From the NCBI GenBank assembly GCA_030647415.1, contig JAUSKB010000026.1, forward strand, positions 10,894-74,893: DNA of 64,000 nucleotides. Direction: 5' to 3'. Position 1 is the first letter of the stretch. Each line of letters starts with the position of its first letter. Below the pieces are notes generated by a model. That model saw only the letters and a list, made by a program, of their open reading frames with translations, ran no database searches and was not told where the DNA came from. Shown here in pieces: positions 17,132 to 26,898 of this stretch. This DNA comes from a bacterium. Its GTDB lineage: Bacteria; Patescibacteriota; Minisyncoccia; UBA6257; GWB1-50-10. Both the position numbers and the translations under genes were made by a program.

Positions 17132-17461
17132 TGGTGGAGGCGGAGGGATTGAACCCTCTTCCAGGGAATTCACCGAAGGCACTCTACAAGCTTAGTTCTT
17201 GCGAACGAAGGTGCTCCGCTAGTTTAATCCCGTGAAGCGCGAAGCGGCCCCACAAGACGAGTCTCGAATATTACACCGGCTGATTCCTACGAGACATGAG
17301 AGGCCGATGCCGGCATTACGCGAATGCGAACGCCGGAACTGCAACCGTTCGGTTGGCAGATATAGTGTTTGACCGGTTGTATCCGCCAGAGGCGGACGGG
17401 CGAGACGATCAGCTCGGCCTGCAACCCTCAATGGATGTTCCTTGTCGATGCGTGCGCCCCC
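17132..17461 (-). ncRNA. ssrA: tmRNA
   Basis: 5' GGGGGCG / 3' CGCCTCC-ACCA acceptor stem with G3:U70, T-arm GAGGGTTCAATCCCTC, tag ANRTVAVPAFAFA* at 17357..17316, immediately downstream of smpB. Confidence 0.93.
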
Positions 17462-17495
17462 ATATTGATATAACAAATAATCTACGACCGACAAC

Positions 17496-17960
17496 CTACA
17501 ACGGACCACTCGACGGACTCGCCCTCCGGATCTCGCGGTCGGTCTCGCGTTTCCTGATGACGTCGCGCTTATCCCCTTTCTTCCTGCTCCGGGCGAGACC
17601 GAGCGCGACCTTCAGCTTCCCGTTCCGAGAGTATAGTCGCAGTGGAATGATTGTCAAACCGCGTTCCTTCGTCGAACCGATGAGTGCGGCAATCTCCTTT
17701 TTATGTAGGAGGAGCCGCCGGGACCGCTTCTGGTCATGCTTTTCCTGCCCCGGGGGGAGGTTCTTCGGTTGGTACGGCGGGATGTCGAGGTTCAGAAGCC
17801 AGAGCTCGGCGCCGCGGACGATGGCGTGCGACCCGCCAAGGTTCGCCCGGCCCAACGCAACAGACTTAACCTCGAACCCCTTGAGCTCGATGCCCGCCTC
17901 GATGGTCTCGAGGATTTCGTAGTCGAAGGTGGCCCTCCGGTTGACGGCGAGGTCTGACAT
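17496..17960 (-). CDS. smpB: SsrA-binding protein
   Basis: NRRATFDYEILETIEAGIELKGFEVKS, RRLLLHKKEI, DKRDVIRKRE. Confidence 0.97.
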   Translation of the reverse strand: MSDLAVNRRATFDYEILETIEAGIELKGFEVKSVALGRANLGGSHAIVRGAELWLLNLDIPPYQPKNLPPGQEKHDQKRSRRLLLHKKEIAALIGSTKERGLTIIPLRLYSRNGKLKVALGLARSRKKGDKRDVIRKRETDREIRRASPSSGPL

Positions 17961-18007
17961 TGATAGGTTCAGGGTAGCACACTACTTCACTAATTGAGGA
18001 GGAGAAT

Positions 18008-18406
18008 ATGGGACAGATATATCCGATGGGACAGACGGTCGCGCAGTTCGCCGCGAACCAGCTCACTAGTCTTTTACGGGCGGGAAAAATACTTAACCCG
18101 TTTGAGAAAGAGGAGGCACTTAATTGTCTTGAGAGCATTTCATTGCTCAAAAGAAACGGCGACCAGCGAATGTGTGTCATCTGCAAGACGCATAAACAAA
18201 CGGGGCCGGCCTTGCCCCTCATGCCGCTATGTCATTCGCACCTGCACGTCATCATCGATGCGAGCGCCCGTACGGATATTCGTCCGGAAGATTCGACCTG
18301 CCATTGCGGACAATGCACCTTATTGTACTTCTCGGGCTGCGAGAGAAAAATTCCGGTGTGGGAAGGGCAGTGTTACAGCTACCTTGAGAAGATTCTGTGC
18401 TTGTAG
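18008..18406 (+). CDS. Hypothetical Cys/His-rich protein
   Basis: SD GAGGAGG; CVIC, LCHSH, CHCGQC. Confidence 0.65.
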   Translation: MGQIYPMGQTVAQFAANQLTSLLRAGKILNPFEKEEALNCLESISLLKRNGDQRMCVICKTHKQTGPALPLMPLCHSHLHVIIDASARTDIRPEDSTCHCGQCTLLYFSGCERKIPVWEGQCYSYLEKILCL

Positions 18407-18475
18407 CTCGGTAGTGGACGGACTCGCGCGAGTCCGTCATTTTTTTTCCCTCTTGCCTGTGCTTTAATAAGAACC

Positions 18476-20068
18476 ATGCGAGCACAAATCCGCGCCGCGA
18501 TAGCCGACCTCGTCCCGCCCGGGACGGCAATCGAAGTGGTCCCGGCGGACCACGAAGACATGGGTGACTACTCGACCCGCGTGGCGTTCACACTCTCAAA
18601 AGTGCTCGGGAGGCCGCCGGTTGCGATTGCGGAGGATATCGCGGCGGCGCTCAAGAAAAAACATCCGGACCTTGTCCGTGACGCCGTCGCCGCCACGCCG
18701 GGGTTCCTGAACATCACGCTCACGGACGCCGCACTCCAGAGCGTCGTCACTGAAGTACTTGAGAAGGGCAGTGGTTACGGCCCCAATAAGCTCCCCGAGG
18801 CCGAGCGGGAGCACATACAGGTGGAGTACATCTCCGCGAACCCGACCGGACCCCTCACGCTCGCAAACGGCCGCGGCGGATTCCTCGGGGACGTCATCTC
18901 AAACGCGCTCATGGCCGTGGGGCACATGGTGGAGCGCGAGTACTACGTGAATGACACTGGGAATCAGATCGAAACTCTCGGGAAATCCATACTCGCGGCC
19001 GCGGGGAAGATTCCGCCGGAAGAGACCTTCTACAAGGGCGACTACGTCCGCATCTGGGCGGAGGCGCATTTGAAGGATGTGGAGCGGCTCGCGAGCGACC
19101 CCCACGAGCTGGGCCGCACGGCGGCGCGGGACTTCCTTACGGTCATGAAATCCGTCGTGGAGGGCAAGGCGGGTATCCTCTTCGACCGGTACACATCGGA
19201 ATATGACGACATCCGCGCGAAGGGGTACCCAGAAAAGGCGCTCGCCCTATTCCGCATGAAAGGCGTGGCGTACGAGGCGGATGGCACCGTCTGGCTCAAG
19301 ACCACCGACTTCGGCGACGATAAGGACCGCGTGCTCGTCATGAAAACAGGCGAGCCGACCTACTTCCTTGCGGATGCCGGCCACTACATCGAGACCGTGG
19401 AGCGCGGATTCACGTGGAAGATTAACATCCTCGGGCCGGACCACTACGGGTACGTGGCGCGCATCCAGGCCGCCGCGAAGCTTGTGGAGCTCCAAAAATC
19501 CGAGGTGCTTATCACACAGGCGGTGCGGCTCATTGAGAACGGGGTGGAGCGGAAGATGTCGAAACGCAGTGGAACCTTTGTGGCGTTCAACGAACTCGTG
19601 GAGGAGGTACTGCCCGACGCCGCGCGATTCTTCTTCCTCTCGGTGGCGCCCGAATCACACATGGATTTCGACCTCACGCTCGCGAAGGAGCGGTCCAACA
19701 AGAACCCCGTCTTCTACGCCCAGTATGCCTACGTCCGCGCGGTGAAGGTGCTCGAGAGGTTCGGGGGTGAACCAAATCAAACGACGCCGCTCACCCCCCT
19801 CACCGGCGCGAAGGACCGCCGCCTCATGCGCCTCATCGCCGACTACCCCGCTGCCGTCGAGGATACGGCGCGCGATTACCGCGTCCACCGCCTCACGCAG
19901 TACGCCTCGGCGCTCGCTAAGGGTCTCCACGACTGGTACGAGACGGAGCACGTAGTGGGAGAGGCGCCGGACGTCGCCCGTGCGCGCGCGGCGCTCCTTG
20001 CCGCCGTGAAAATCACCTTCGAGAACCTCTTCTCCGTCATCGGCATCACCGCCCCAAGCGAGATGTGA
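18476..20068 (+). CDS. argS: Arginyl-tRNA synthetase
   Basis: GDYST, PGFLN, VEYISANPTGPL, REYYVND, KMSKR, NPVFYAQYA, APSEM C-terminus. Confidence 0.97.
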   Translation: MRAQIRAAIADLVPPGTAIEVVPADHEDMGDYSTRVAFTLSKVLGRPPVAIAEDIAAALKKKHPDLVRDAVAATPGFLNITLTDAALQSVVTEVLEKGSGYGPNKLPEAEREHIQVEYISANPTGPLTLANGRGGFLGDVISNALMAVGHMVEREYYVNDTGNQIETLGKSILAAAGKIPPEETFYKGDYVRIWAEAHLKDVERLASDPHELGRTAARDFLTVMKSVVEGKAGILFDRYTSEYDDIRAKGYPEKALALFRMKGVAYEADGTVWLKTTDFGDDKDRVLVMKTGEPTYFLADAGHYIETVERGFTWKINILGPDHYGYVARIQAAAKLVELQKSEVLITQAVRLIENGVERKMSKRSGTFVAFNELVEEVLPDAARFFFLSVAPESHMDFDLTLAKERSNKNPVFYAQYAYVRAVKVLERFGGEPNQTTPLTPLTGAKDRRLMRLIADYPAAVEDTARDYRVHRLTQYASALAKGLHDWYETEHVVGEAPDVARARAALLAAVKITFENLFSVIGITAPSEM

Positions 20069-20089
20069 CCAGAGTTTGACTAAAGAACA

Positions 20090-20119
20090 TTCTAACCCCG
20101 CCAAGGCGGGGTTAGAATG
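20090..20119. terminator. Hairpin after argS
   Basis: Stem containing TTCTAACCCCGCC-AA-GGCGGGGTTAGAA. Confidence 0.55.
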
Positions 20120-20296
20120 TTCTTGCTTACCCGTACTCACTTGACACACAAACTGTACAGCAGTACAAGGGGGGTAGCGTGGGGCGAACCCGCATTCACA
20201 AAAAAACCGCCGTACCGCGCCTTCGGGCATCCGGTAGCGGCACGCGTTCCTCGGAACGCGGTTTACTTCGGCTTCGGCCGAGAAAGGATGGTTGAT

Positions 20297-21421
20297 ATGA
20301 ACCGGTACACACCGCTAAAGAGCGAGTTAGCAGCATATGGAAACCCACAGGAAACGGTCTGGCTCGCACAAACGTTAAAACAAATCTCCGATGCCAAACA
20401 GCAAATCGGGACTGTTGAAATATTCTTTCAACACACGGTACGCGTCATATGTGAAACCAACAATGCCAAGCGCCAAACGGAACTTGGCATCTACGCTGAC
20501 AATATCATCGGGTGGCTTTGGAGGGCCATCGAGGAGGCGGAATTCAACCCGTTCCTGGGCAGCGACGGAACCAGGTGGTGGTGGACTACCGCCAACGGTG
20601 AGTACGACAAGCGAGTGAACCCGGCGAGACGCGAGGCTCATAGAAAAAAGGTGGAGTGTGCCATGCGGCTCGAGAAATGGCTCTTCCCGTTCCGATATGC
20701 CAAAGGTCCGAAAACGGCGCTGTCGAAAGCGCACCTGAACATCCTCCGCACAATAGCGGAACAGTTCTACGGCACCGATGACGACACGGAGGCGAAATGC
20801 TTGTTCGACTTCCTCCGCACGTGCTACCTCACGGGCCATGACCAGGACTGCGACGAGGTGCTTACCGCACTTCGGACCGCGCGAGGACCCCGGGATGCCG
20901 AGCGGGACATCCGATTCGCGATTGACGCGATGGATACGCGCATCGGCGAAACGTCGGAAATTGCCCTGCTCTTGATGCACCGCAGGGCAAAAAATCTCGA
21001 GAGATGCCGGCAGAGGCGGGAGGTCAGGTTATCCAGTACCACGTATCCGCTCTCGCGTGCGGCATTCGACCTGGTGGAGCTCACCGCGGAACAAATCTCC
21101 TCGTCCGACACCGCTATTCGTGACCTCTGCGAGATGCTAGGAAGCCCGGTGGAAAATGTGTGCCACACTCTTGAGCCGGTCGGAAAACGGACAATTTCGC
21201 TTGCATACGTCTCTGTGAACGAGGTGGTCGTTTCTTTCACCAAGATACAGCAGTCATACGATATGGACGAGCCATACCGGGAATTCGACAAGGCGTTCTG
21301 TATCGTGGGGGAATGGCGCAGAAAGCACCCGGACGCGCCTCGGGTGAGGTTCCAGTTGAAAGTAAAAGCGGGAGGAGCACGTGTCCAAGAGTTGGCGTCG
21401 CCGCCAACTCGCACGCGGTGA
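20297..21421 (+). CDS. Hypothetical protein
   Basis: Long ORF, SD AAGGA, TTGACA upstream, terminator-like hairpin downstream. Confidence 0.7.
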   Translation: MNRYTPLKSELAAYGNPQETVWLAQTLKQISDAKQQIGTVEIFFQHTVRVICETNNAKRQTELGIYADNIIGWLWRAIEEAEFNPFLGSDGTRWWWTTANGEYDKRVNPARREAHRKKVECAMRLEKWLFPFRYAKGPKTALSKAHLNILRTIAEQFYGTDDDTEAKCLFDFLRTCYLTGHDQDCDEVLTALRTARGPRDAERDIRFAIDAMDTRIGETSEIALLLMHRRAKNLERCRQRREVRLSSTTYPLSRAAFDLVELTAEQISSSDTAIRDLCEMLGSPVENVCHTLEPVGKRTISLAYVSVNEVVVSFTKIQQSYDMDEPYREFDKAFCIVGEWRRKHPDAPRVRFQLKVKAGGARVQELASPPTRTR

Positions 21422-21544
21422 GTATACAAAGACCGGGCTCGTCCCGGTCTTTTTTATCGCGCCATAACATGCGCATCATTGACTTTCTGACGTTTGGTGG
21501 TATCGTACCCATCGGTATCATTTCATTCACATATTGGAGTTGCT

Positions 21545-21883
21545 ATGAACGTCAACGAAGAGATCCGTGCCGCCATCAAGGGATTTGTCGCGGTCGCGAA
21601 GAAGGTGCGAATCTCGTGTAGTAAGGACGGCGGAATCACCACCACTACCCTCTCTGGGGCGGAGGCGGTCAAGCGCATCGAAGAGCTCGTCGAGAAAGCT
21701 GAGATCTCGCGAATTAAAATCATGAGCTCAAAGAAAGAGATTGCCAGCTTCCCATTCATCGGGGGCACCGTCGCCGCGGCGGCGGTCGCCATCTTCGCCC
21801 TTCCCCTCGCGCTACTCGGCATGGCGGCGCTCATCCTAGGCGAATGCGACGTCGAAATCGAGGCAAAAGAGAAACAGCGGTAG
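21545..21883 (+). CDS. DUF4342-like small membrane protein
   Basis: VKRIEELVEKAEISRIKI...GTVAAAAVAIFALPLALLGMAALILGECDVEIE. Confidence 0.7.
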   Translation: MNVNEEIRAAIKGFVAVAKKVRISCSKDGGITTTTLSGAEAVKRIEELVEKAEISRIKIMSSKKEIASFPFIGGTVAAAAVAIFALPLALLGMAALILGECDVEIEAKEKQR

Positions 21884-22011
21884 CTCTGTATTCATTCACC
21901 GCCCCCTCCAAGGGGCGGCTTTGTTTCCGGAACCAATTTGACTATTAATACCTTTTATATTAGAATATACATACGATATTTCACAATTCATAATCAAATT
22001 TTGGAGGGCAC

Positions 22012-23223
22012 ATGCCCCAGAAAAAAGTGATTGTTATCGGCACTGGCCACCTTGCCGACGTGACCGAGGACAAGCTCGCTGAGGGTGCGAAGTTCGAGGT
22101 TATACGAATCAAGTCGAAGACCTTCCAATTCGACGAGGATACGGACATCCAGGAAGAATCGCTCCAGTATGCAAAAGAGCGACTCGTCGAGGCGGGTATC
22201 CAGAAAGCGTTTGTGGTGTGTCTCGTAGACAGCACGGATGGCCTGAATGTGCACGTCCTCCTCGCTGTGGCGGAACTTCGTCCGGACATCCCCACATTCG
22301 TGTCAATCATCGACGAGACAATCTATCACAACGTGTCTGGCTTCGACCACAATGTGGTCGTCGTGAATCCTGCTAAGATCGCCGAGCCAGCGTTCATCAG
22401 CGCGCTCGAGGAGCGACTCCCGAAGCAACGCTCGTTTATGGACCAAGTCGTCCAGCGAACGCTCGAGTTGCCGCCGCCAAAAAAGTCCCGCGCCGCGGTC
22501 TTCATGACCGCGCTCATCCTCGTCATGATGGGGATTGATATCCTCTTCTTCATGATGACGGAGGGGCTCTCGTTCACAAAGGCCTACTACTACTTCGCGA
22601 GCGAGGTGACCTCGTTCTCGTTCGGCGACGTGATGGTGAAGCAGTACGACCCGTGGATCGAGAATACCCGCACCACGCTACTGCTCATGACCTTCGCAAT
22701 CGTCCCTATTGGCATCGGCATCATCGCCGGCACCTGGTGGGCGCATCTGAACGAACTCCGAACCACCGGCAAGCGCCGGTACCGGATGCGAGACCACATC
22801 GTTGTGTGCGGACTCGGAAATCTCGGGTACCGCATCGCGGAAACTCTCTTCGAAAAAGGGCTGCGGGTCCTCGTGATCGAGCGCGAGCTCGAGACGCCGA
22901 ACGTGGAGCTCGCACGAGCGCGGGGCATCCCGGTCATGATCGCGGACGCGACGGCGCGCTACGCGCTCACGAACGCAAACGTAGGGAGGGCCGCCGCGAT
23001 CATATCCGCGGTGAATGACGATATGCAGTCGCTCAAGATCGGTCTCGGCGCGCGGTGGTTCAATCCGAATCTCCGCATCGTGCTCCGCATCTTCGACCGC
23101 GGCACCGCGAACGCAATCTGCGAGCGCTTCGGCATCCAGTTCGCCCTGTCGATGTCCGATATGGCGTCAGACAAGATCGTGGGCGACATTCTCCAGCTCG
23201 CAGGCACGCCGCGAGCGAATTGA
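22012..23223 (+). CDS. Potassium channel-like protein with TrkA-N (RCK) domains
   Basis: Two TM helices around a degenerate pore (VTSFSFGD), HIVVCGLGNLG, NPNLRIVLRIFD. Confidence 0.8.
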   Translation: MPQKKVIVIGTGHLADVTEDKLAEGAKFEVIRIKSKTFQFDEDTDIQEESLQYAKERLVEAGIQKAFVVCLVDSTDGLNVHVLLAVAELRPDIPTFVSIIDETIYHNVSGFDHNVVVVNPAKIAEPAFISALEERLPKQRSFMDQVVQRTLELPPPKKSRAAVFMTALILVMMGIDILFFMMTEGLSFTKAYYYFASEVTSFSFGDVMVKQYDPWIENTRTTLLLMTFAIVPIGIGIIAGTWWAHLNELRTTGKRRYRMRDHIVVCGLGNLGYRIAETLFEKGLRVLVIERELETPNVELARARGIPVMIADATARYALTNANVGRAAAIISAVNDDMQSLKIGLGARWFNPNLRIVLRIFDRGTANAICERFGIQFALSMSDMASDKIVGDILQLAGTPRAN

Positions 23224-23276
23224 ATAACAGTAAACAAAAAGCCCCGGAATCATTCCGGGGCTTACTTTTTTCTGCT

Positions 23277-23894
23277 TTAGAAGGTCACGCCAATACCAGC
23301 GTAGACCTTCACAAATTCTGTCTGCGTCGGGCTCCCATACGCGAACACCTTCGCGTACAGGTTTCCATACGTGGCCTTCAAAACCAGCCCCAGGTCAATC
23401 GCGGTTTCCGCGCCAGGCAGAAAATCGCGATACACCTGCTGGGAGAGGCCCAGGTCCCAATGCGGTGCGACGGCATACAGCCATTCGCCCCATTGGTAGA
23501 AACATTCCTGGTACCCCGCTACCCCGAAGGACGGTTGGATCAGGGTAATGAAGGAGAAGTCCCCAGATCTCCCCCAGAAATATATCTCGGGAGAAATACC
23601 TTGGTAAGTCGGGCCACCGATGTATCCCAAGGCCCCAGTGACGGTAAAACTGTCTCCCCCGAACGTCTTGCCAATAAAGCCGGTGACGGCTTTTTCAGCG
23701 TCAAAATTATACCGGACGTCGAGAAGAATCGGGCTTTCGGGTGTCATCCCGTACATGTACCACGGAATGATATCGAACCGTCCGTGGATCCCGTTCACGC
23801 GCGTCTCCTTGAAGTACAGAGACGCATCATGCTGTGACAACGCGGCTACGCTCGTGAGCATGAGCACCGTGAGTAAAGTTAATTTTTTCTTCAA
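23277..23894 (-). CDS. Secreted protein with outer-membrane beta-barrel signature
   Basis: TTG start after GAGGAGG, signal peptide, Gly/aromatic-rich amphipathic strands, ends VYAGIGVTF. Confidence 0.65.
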   Translation of the reverse strand: MKKKLTLLTVLMLTSVAALSQHDASLYFKETRVNGIHGRFDIIPWYMYGMTPESPILLDVRYNFDAEKAVTGFIGKTFGGDSFTVTGALGYIGGPTYQGISPEIYFWGRSGDFSFITLIQPSFGVAGYQECFYQWGEWLYAVAPHWDLGLSQQVYRDFLPGAETAIDLGLVLKATYGNLYAKVFAYGSPTQTEFVKVYAGIGVTF

Positions 23895-24068
23895 GATCCC
23901 TCCTCTTTTTTTGAATTCAAACGTTTGCTGGATAAATTATAGCAATATAAAAACTAGATGTCAATATCTCGTGCGCAAATTCAAATATACGATATTATTG
24001 ACTTATTTATTAATAAGTTTTATTATATAATCAGTTTTTTATTCACACCACATATACAGGAGGAAGGC

Positions 24069-25055
24069 ATGACTATGAGCAAACTCTTCGCCAAAACCTA
24101 TGGCTTTGACGACGGACACAAGCAAAAAGAGCCGGCACAGGTCTGGTTCACGCACTCTATTGATGGGCTGGTACTTTTTGTCGTGTTCTACACACAGGCG
24201 TGCCGATGGGGCAAATGTGCGGGATGCAATCTCCCCTCGCTCTCATCGAGTCACCACATAGGATACCTGGATATCATGAAGCAGGTTGATACGCTCTTCA
24301 GCCGCACCGACGTTCGAAAACATCGAAAAGATATCCGCCAGGTGGTACTCTCCAACAACGGCTCGGTGTTCGACCAGGAAATATTCTCGACTACGGCGCT
24401 CATGTACTTCATGGCCGTCGTGAACCGCGAGCTCCCCAACCTGGCAGTGCTTACCATCGAAACCCAGCCGGACTACGTGGATATGGAGGAATTGGAAATC
24501 CTCGCTCGGGCAATCCACGAAGGCACCACCCCGACCACGCTTGAGGTCGCCATCGGCTTCGAGGCATACGACGACCGAATCCGCAACAAGGTCTTTCTGA
24601 AGGGGCTCTCGCTCCGAGAGGTTGAAAATCTCGCGGAAAAGCTCGCAAAACACGGGTTCCGCCTGAAATGCTACTTCATGCAGAAACCTGTTCCTGATAT
24701 GACCGATGAGGAGGCGGTGCGCGATATTCAGGATGGCATCGACTACCTGCACAAGCTTGCGACTAGATTCGGGATCGCGGTGACGATGCACCTCAACCCG
24801 ACATACGCCGCACGAGGCACCATACTTGAGACCGCACTCAAAAATGGAATCTACGCCCCGCCGAGGCTCGCTGATGTTGCACGCGCCGCACGGTATGCCC
24901 AGGGGAAACGTGTTGCAGTGCACTTCGGTCTGAACGATGAGGGGCTCGCCACGGAAGGTGGCTCCTTCATCCGCCCCGGTGAGGAGGAGTTCCTCAAAAT
25001 GTTGGAGAGGTTCAATGAGACACAGGACTTTTCTCTCATTGAAGAAAAGGGGTAG
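24069..25055 (+). CDS. Radical SAM protein, archaeosine-synthase beta subunit (RaSEA)/Elp3-like
   Basis: CRWGKCAGC, SNNGSVFD, IETQPDY, LEVAIGFE, KCYFMQKP, HLNP, YAPPRL. Confidence 0.7.
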   Translation: MTMSKLFAKTYGFDDGHKQKEPAQVWFTHSIDGLVLFVVFYTQACRWGKCAGCNLPSLSSSHHIGYLDIMKQVDTLFSRTDVRKHRKDIRQVVLSNNGSVFDQEIFSTTALMYFMAVVNRELPNLAVLTIETQPDYVDMEELEILARAIHEGTTPTTLEVAIGFEAYDDRIRNKVFLKGLSLREVENLAEKLAKHGFRLKCYFMQKPVPDMTDEEAVRDIQDGIDYLHKLATRFGIAVTMHLNPTYAARGTILETALKNGIYAPPRLADVARAARYAQGKRVAVHFGLNDEGLATEGGSFIRPGEEEFLKMLERFNETQDFSLIEEKG

Positions 25056-25216
25056 AAGTACAGAAACCCGCTCGATATGAGCGGGTTTGCTTTTTCGGGT
25101 ATATTTGACAAAAAATGACTTCCCTGCTATAAGAACAATAGCTTTTTCCAATGGAGCAGACTAGCTCACCAGCTAATCGCGCTCCCTATACATTCCACTA
25201 ATAAAAGGAGGTACCG

Positions 25217-26887
25217 ATGAAACACGCTGCGATGCTTTTCGCGGTGGTGGCGATCCTTATGTGCATTTTTGCACAGGGATTTGCTCAGAAGATTGAAACC
25301 ATCCAGGCAAGACCGCTGGTCGACGTTGTAACGGACCAGCTCCGTTCGGTGTCTGACCAAGACGCCATCCCTGTCATCACGTGGGGTGGTGACGTCGCCA
25401 CGCAGTACGCTTTGGAGAAGGGGCTTATCTCGGGACGTCTGTTCCTGGAAAACAACTTCGTGAAGCAGGTGCGTATGTGCGTGCAAGGGAAGACCCCGTA
25501 CATTCGCGGTACCGCAGGCATGGTAAATGCGGCGGCAGAGGCGCTTGAGGCAAAGGGGATCACCCTCGTGCCTATATACAAACTCACCTGGTCAACGGGT
25601 GGCGATGTCTTGGTGGTTCGAAACACCATCAAGAAGCTCTCCGACCTGCGCGGAAAGAAGATTGCTCTGCAATTGTATGGTCCACACATGGACCTCATTG
25701 CAAACATACTTTTGAACGCAAAGGTGAGTCCTAACGAGGTCACATTCGTCTGGTTCGAGGAGCTCACCCTACCAGGGGCGGGCTACCAAGGGCCGATTCG
25801 GAACCCCGTTGAAGCATTCCAGCATGACCAGACGATTGACGCGGTGCTCTGCATCGATATTGACGCTGCATCGCTTACAGCGAGTGAAGGTGGGGTCCCC
25901 GGCGCACGGAAAGCCTTCTCGACTGCGACCGCCTCTCGGATCATATCCGACTGGTACGCGGTGAGGAGTGACTACCTCGAAGCAAATCGGACGACCGTCG
26001 AGAAATTTGTCGGTGGTCTCATGAAGGGTCAGGAAGGATTCAGTGACCTCCAGAAAAACTGGAAGTCGCAGAAGGACGAGTGGAATTCAATCCTCCAAAA
26101 GTCCGCAAACCTCCTACTCGGCTCCGCAAATCTCGGAAGTGATGTAGCAGGCATGCTCCAGGGCTGCACGTTCGTTGATTACAACGGCAACATGCAGTTC
26201 TTCACCGGGAAAGGCGGTACAAGAAACATGGAGACGCTCACAAAAGAGATTCAGTCTTCCTTCGTAAAGATGGGCATCATGCGATCGCGTGTGAACCTCA
26301 CTGATGCGAACTGGAACTATGCCGCACTCGCGGCGGGACTCCGGTACGCAAAGAGCGTACCCGCGGAACCAACGGAAGCCTACAACCCCAAAAAGGTTGA
26401 GGCGTTCGTGGCGAAAAGAATCGAAGGCGAGTCGGGCTCATTCGCGGAGAGTGCAATGCTCCCCTCGTTCGAAATCCTCTTCAAGCCAAACCAGACCGAG
26501 TTCTCAACCGATGAGTACTCGGATAACTTCCGCGAAGCGCAGGGAGCTATCGATGCGTTCGGTGGCGCCATCGTCGTCGTTGAAGGTCATTCTGACCCAA
26601 CGAAGGTCGCAAAGATGCGCGTTGCGAATGACCCAACAGTGGCGCTCGTCGAACAGGCGGCAAAAAACACCTCACTCGAGCGGGCAAATGAAGTTCGAAA
26701 AAGTTTCATCGCATTCTGCAAGAAGCGCGGTACACCCATTGATGCCTCAAAGGTTACAGTGGCGGGTGTTGGAGTGAAGCACCCCAAGTACCCGAAACCG
26801 GCAACGGAGGAGCAGTGGAAGCAGAACTTCCGTGTCGTCTTCCGCATGGTTTCACTCGAGGGCGAATCAACTTCATTTGAAAAGTGA
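25217..26887 (+). CDS. NMT1/SsuA-like solute-binding protein fused to C-terminal OmpA-like domain
   Basis: Signal peptide, IKKLSDLRGKKIA; VVEGHSD...SLERANEV...GVG...NFRVVF. Confidence 0.8.
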   Translation: MKHAAMLFAVVAILMCIFAQGFAQKIETIQARPLVDVVTDQLRSVSDQDAIPVITWGGDVATQYALEKGLISGRLFLENNFVKQVRMCVQGKTPYIRGTAGMVNAAAEALEAKGITLVPIYKLTWSTGGDVLVVRNTIKKLSDLRGKKIALQLYGPHMDLIANILLNAKVSPNEVTFVWFEELTLPGAGYQGPIRNPVEAFQHDQTIDAVLCIDIDAASLTASEGGVPGARKAFSTATASRIISDWYAVRSDYLEANRTTVEKFVGGLMKGQEGFSDLQKNWKSQKDEWNSILQKSANLLLGSANLGSDVAGMLQGCTFVDYNGNMQFFTGKGGTRNMETLTKEIQSSFVKMGIMRSRVNLTDANWNYAALAAGLRYAKSVPAEPTEAYNPKKVEAFVAKRIEGESGSFAESAMLPSFEILFKPNQTEFSTDEYSDNFREAQGAIDAFGGAIVVVEGHSDPTKVAKMRVANDPTVALVEQAAKNTSLERANEVRKSFIAFCKKRGTPIDASKVTVAGVGVKHPKYPKPATEEQWKQNFRVVFRMVSLEGESTSFEK

Positions 26888-26898
26888 GGGGGCAACCC

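Noticed and set aside
20160-20285. Hairpins in the leader of the 20297 gene as a riboswitch
   Set aside because: Only two or three local GC-rich stems with no recognisable aptamer or second copy
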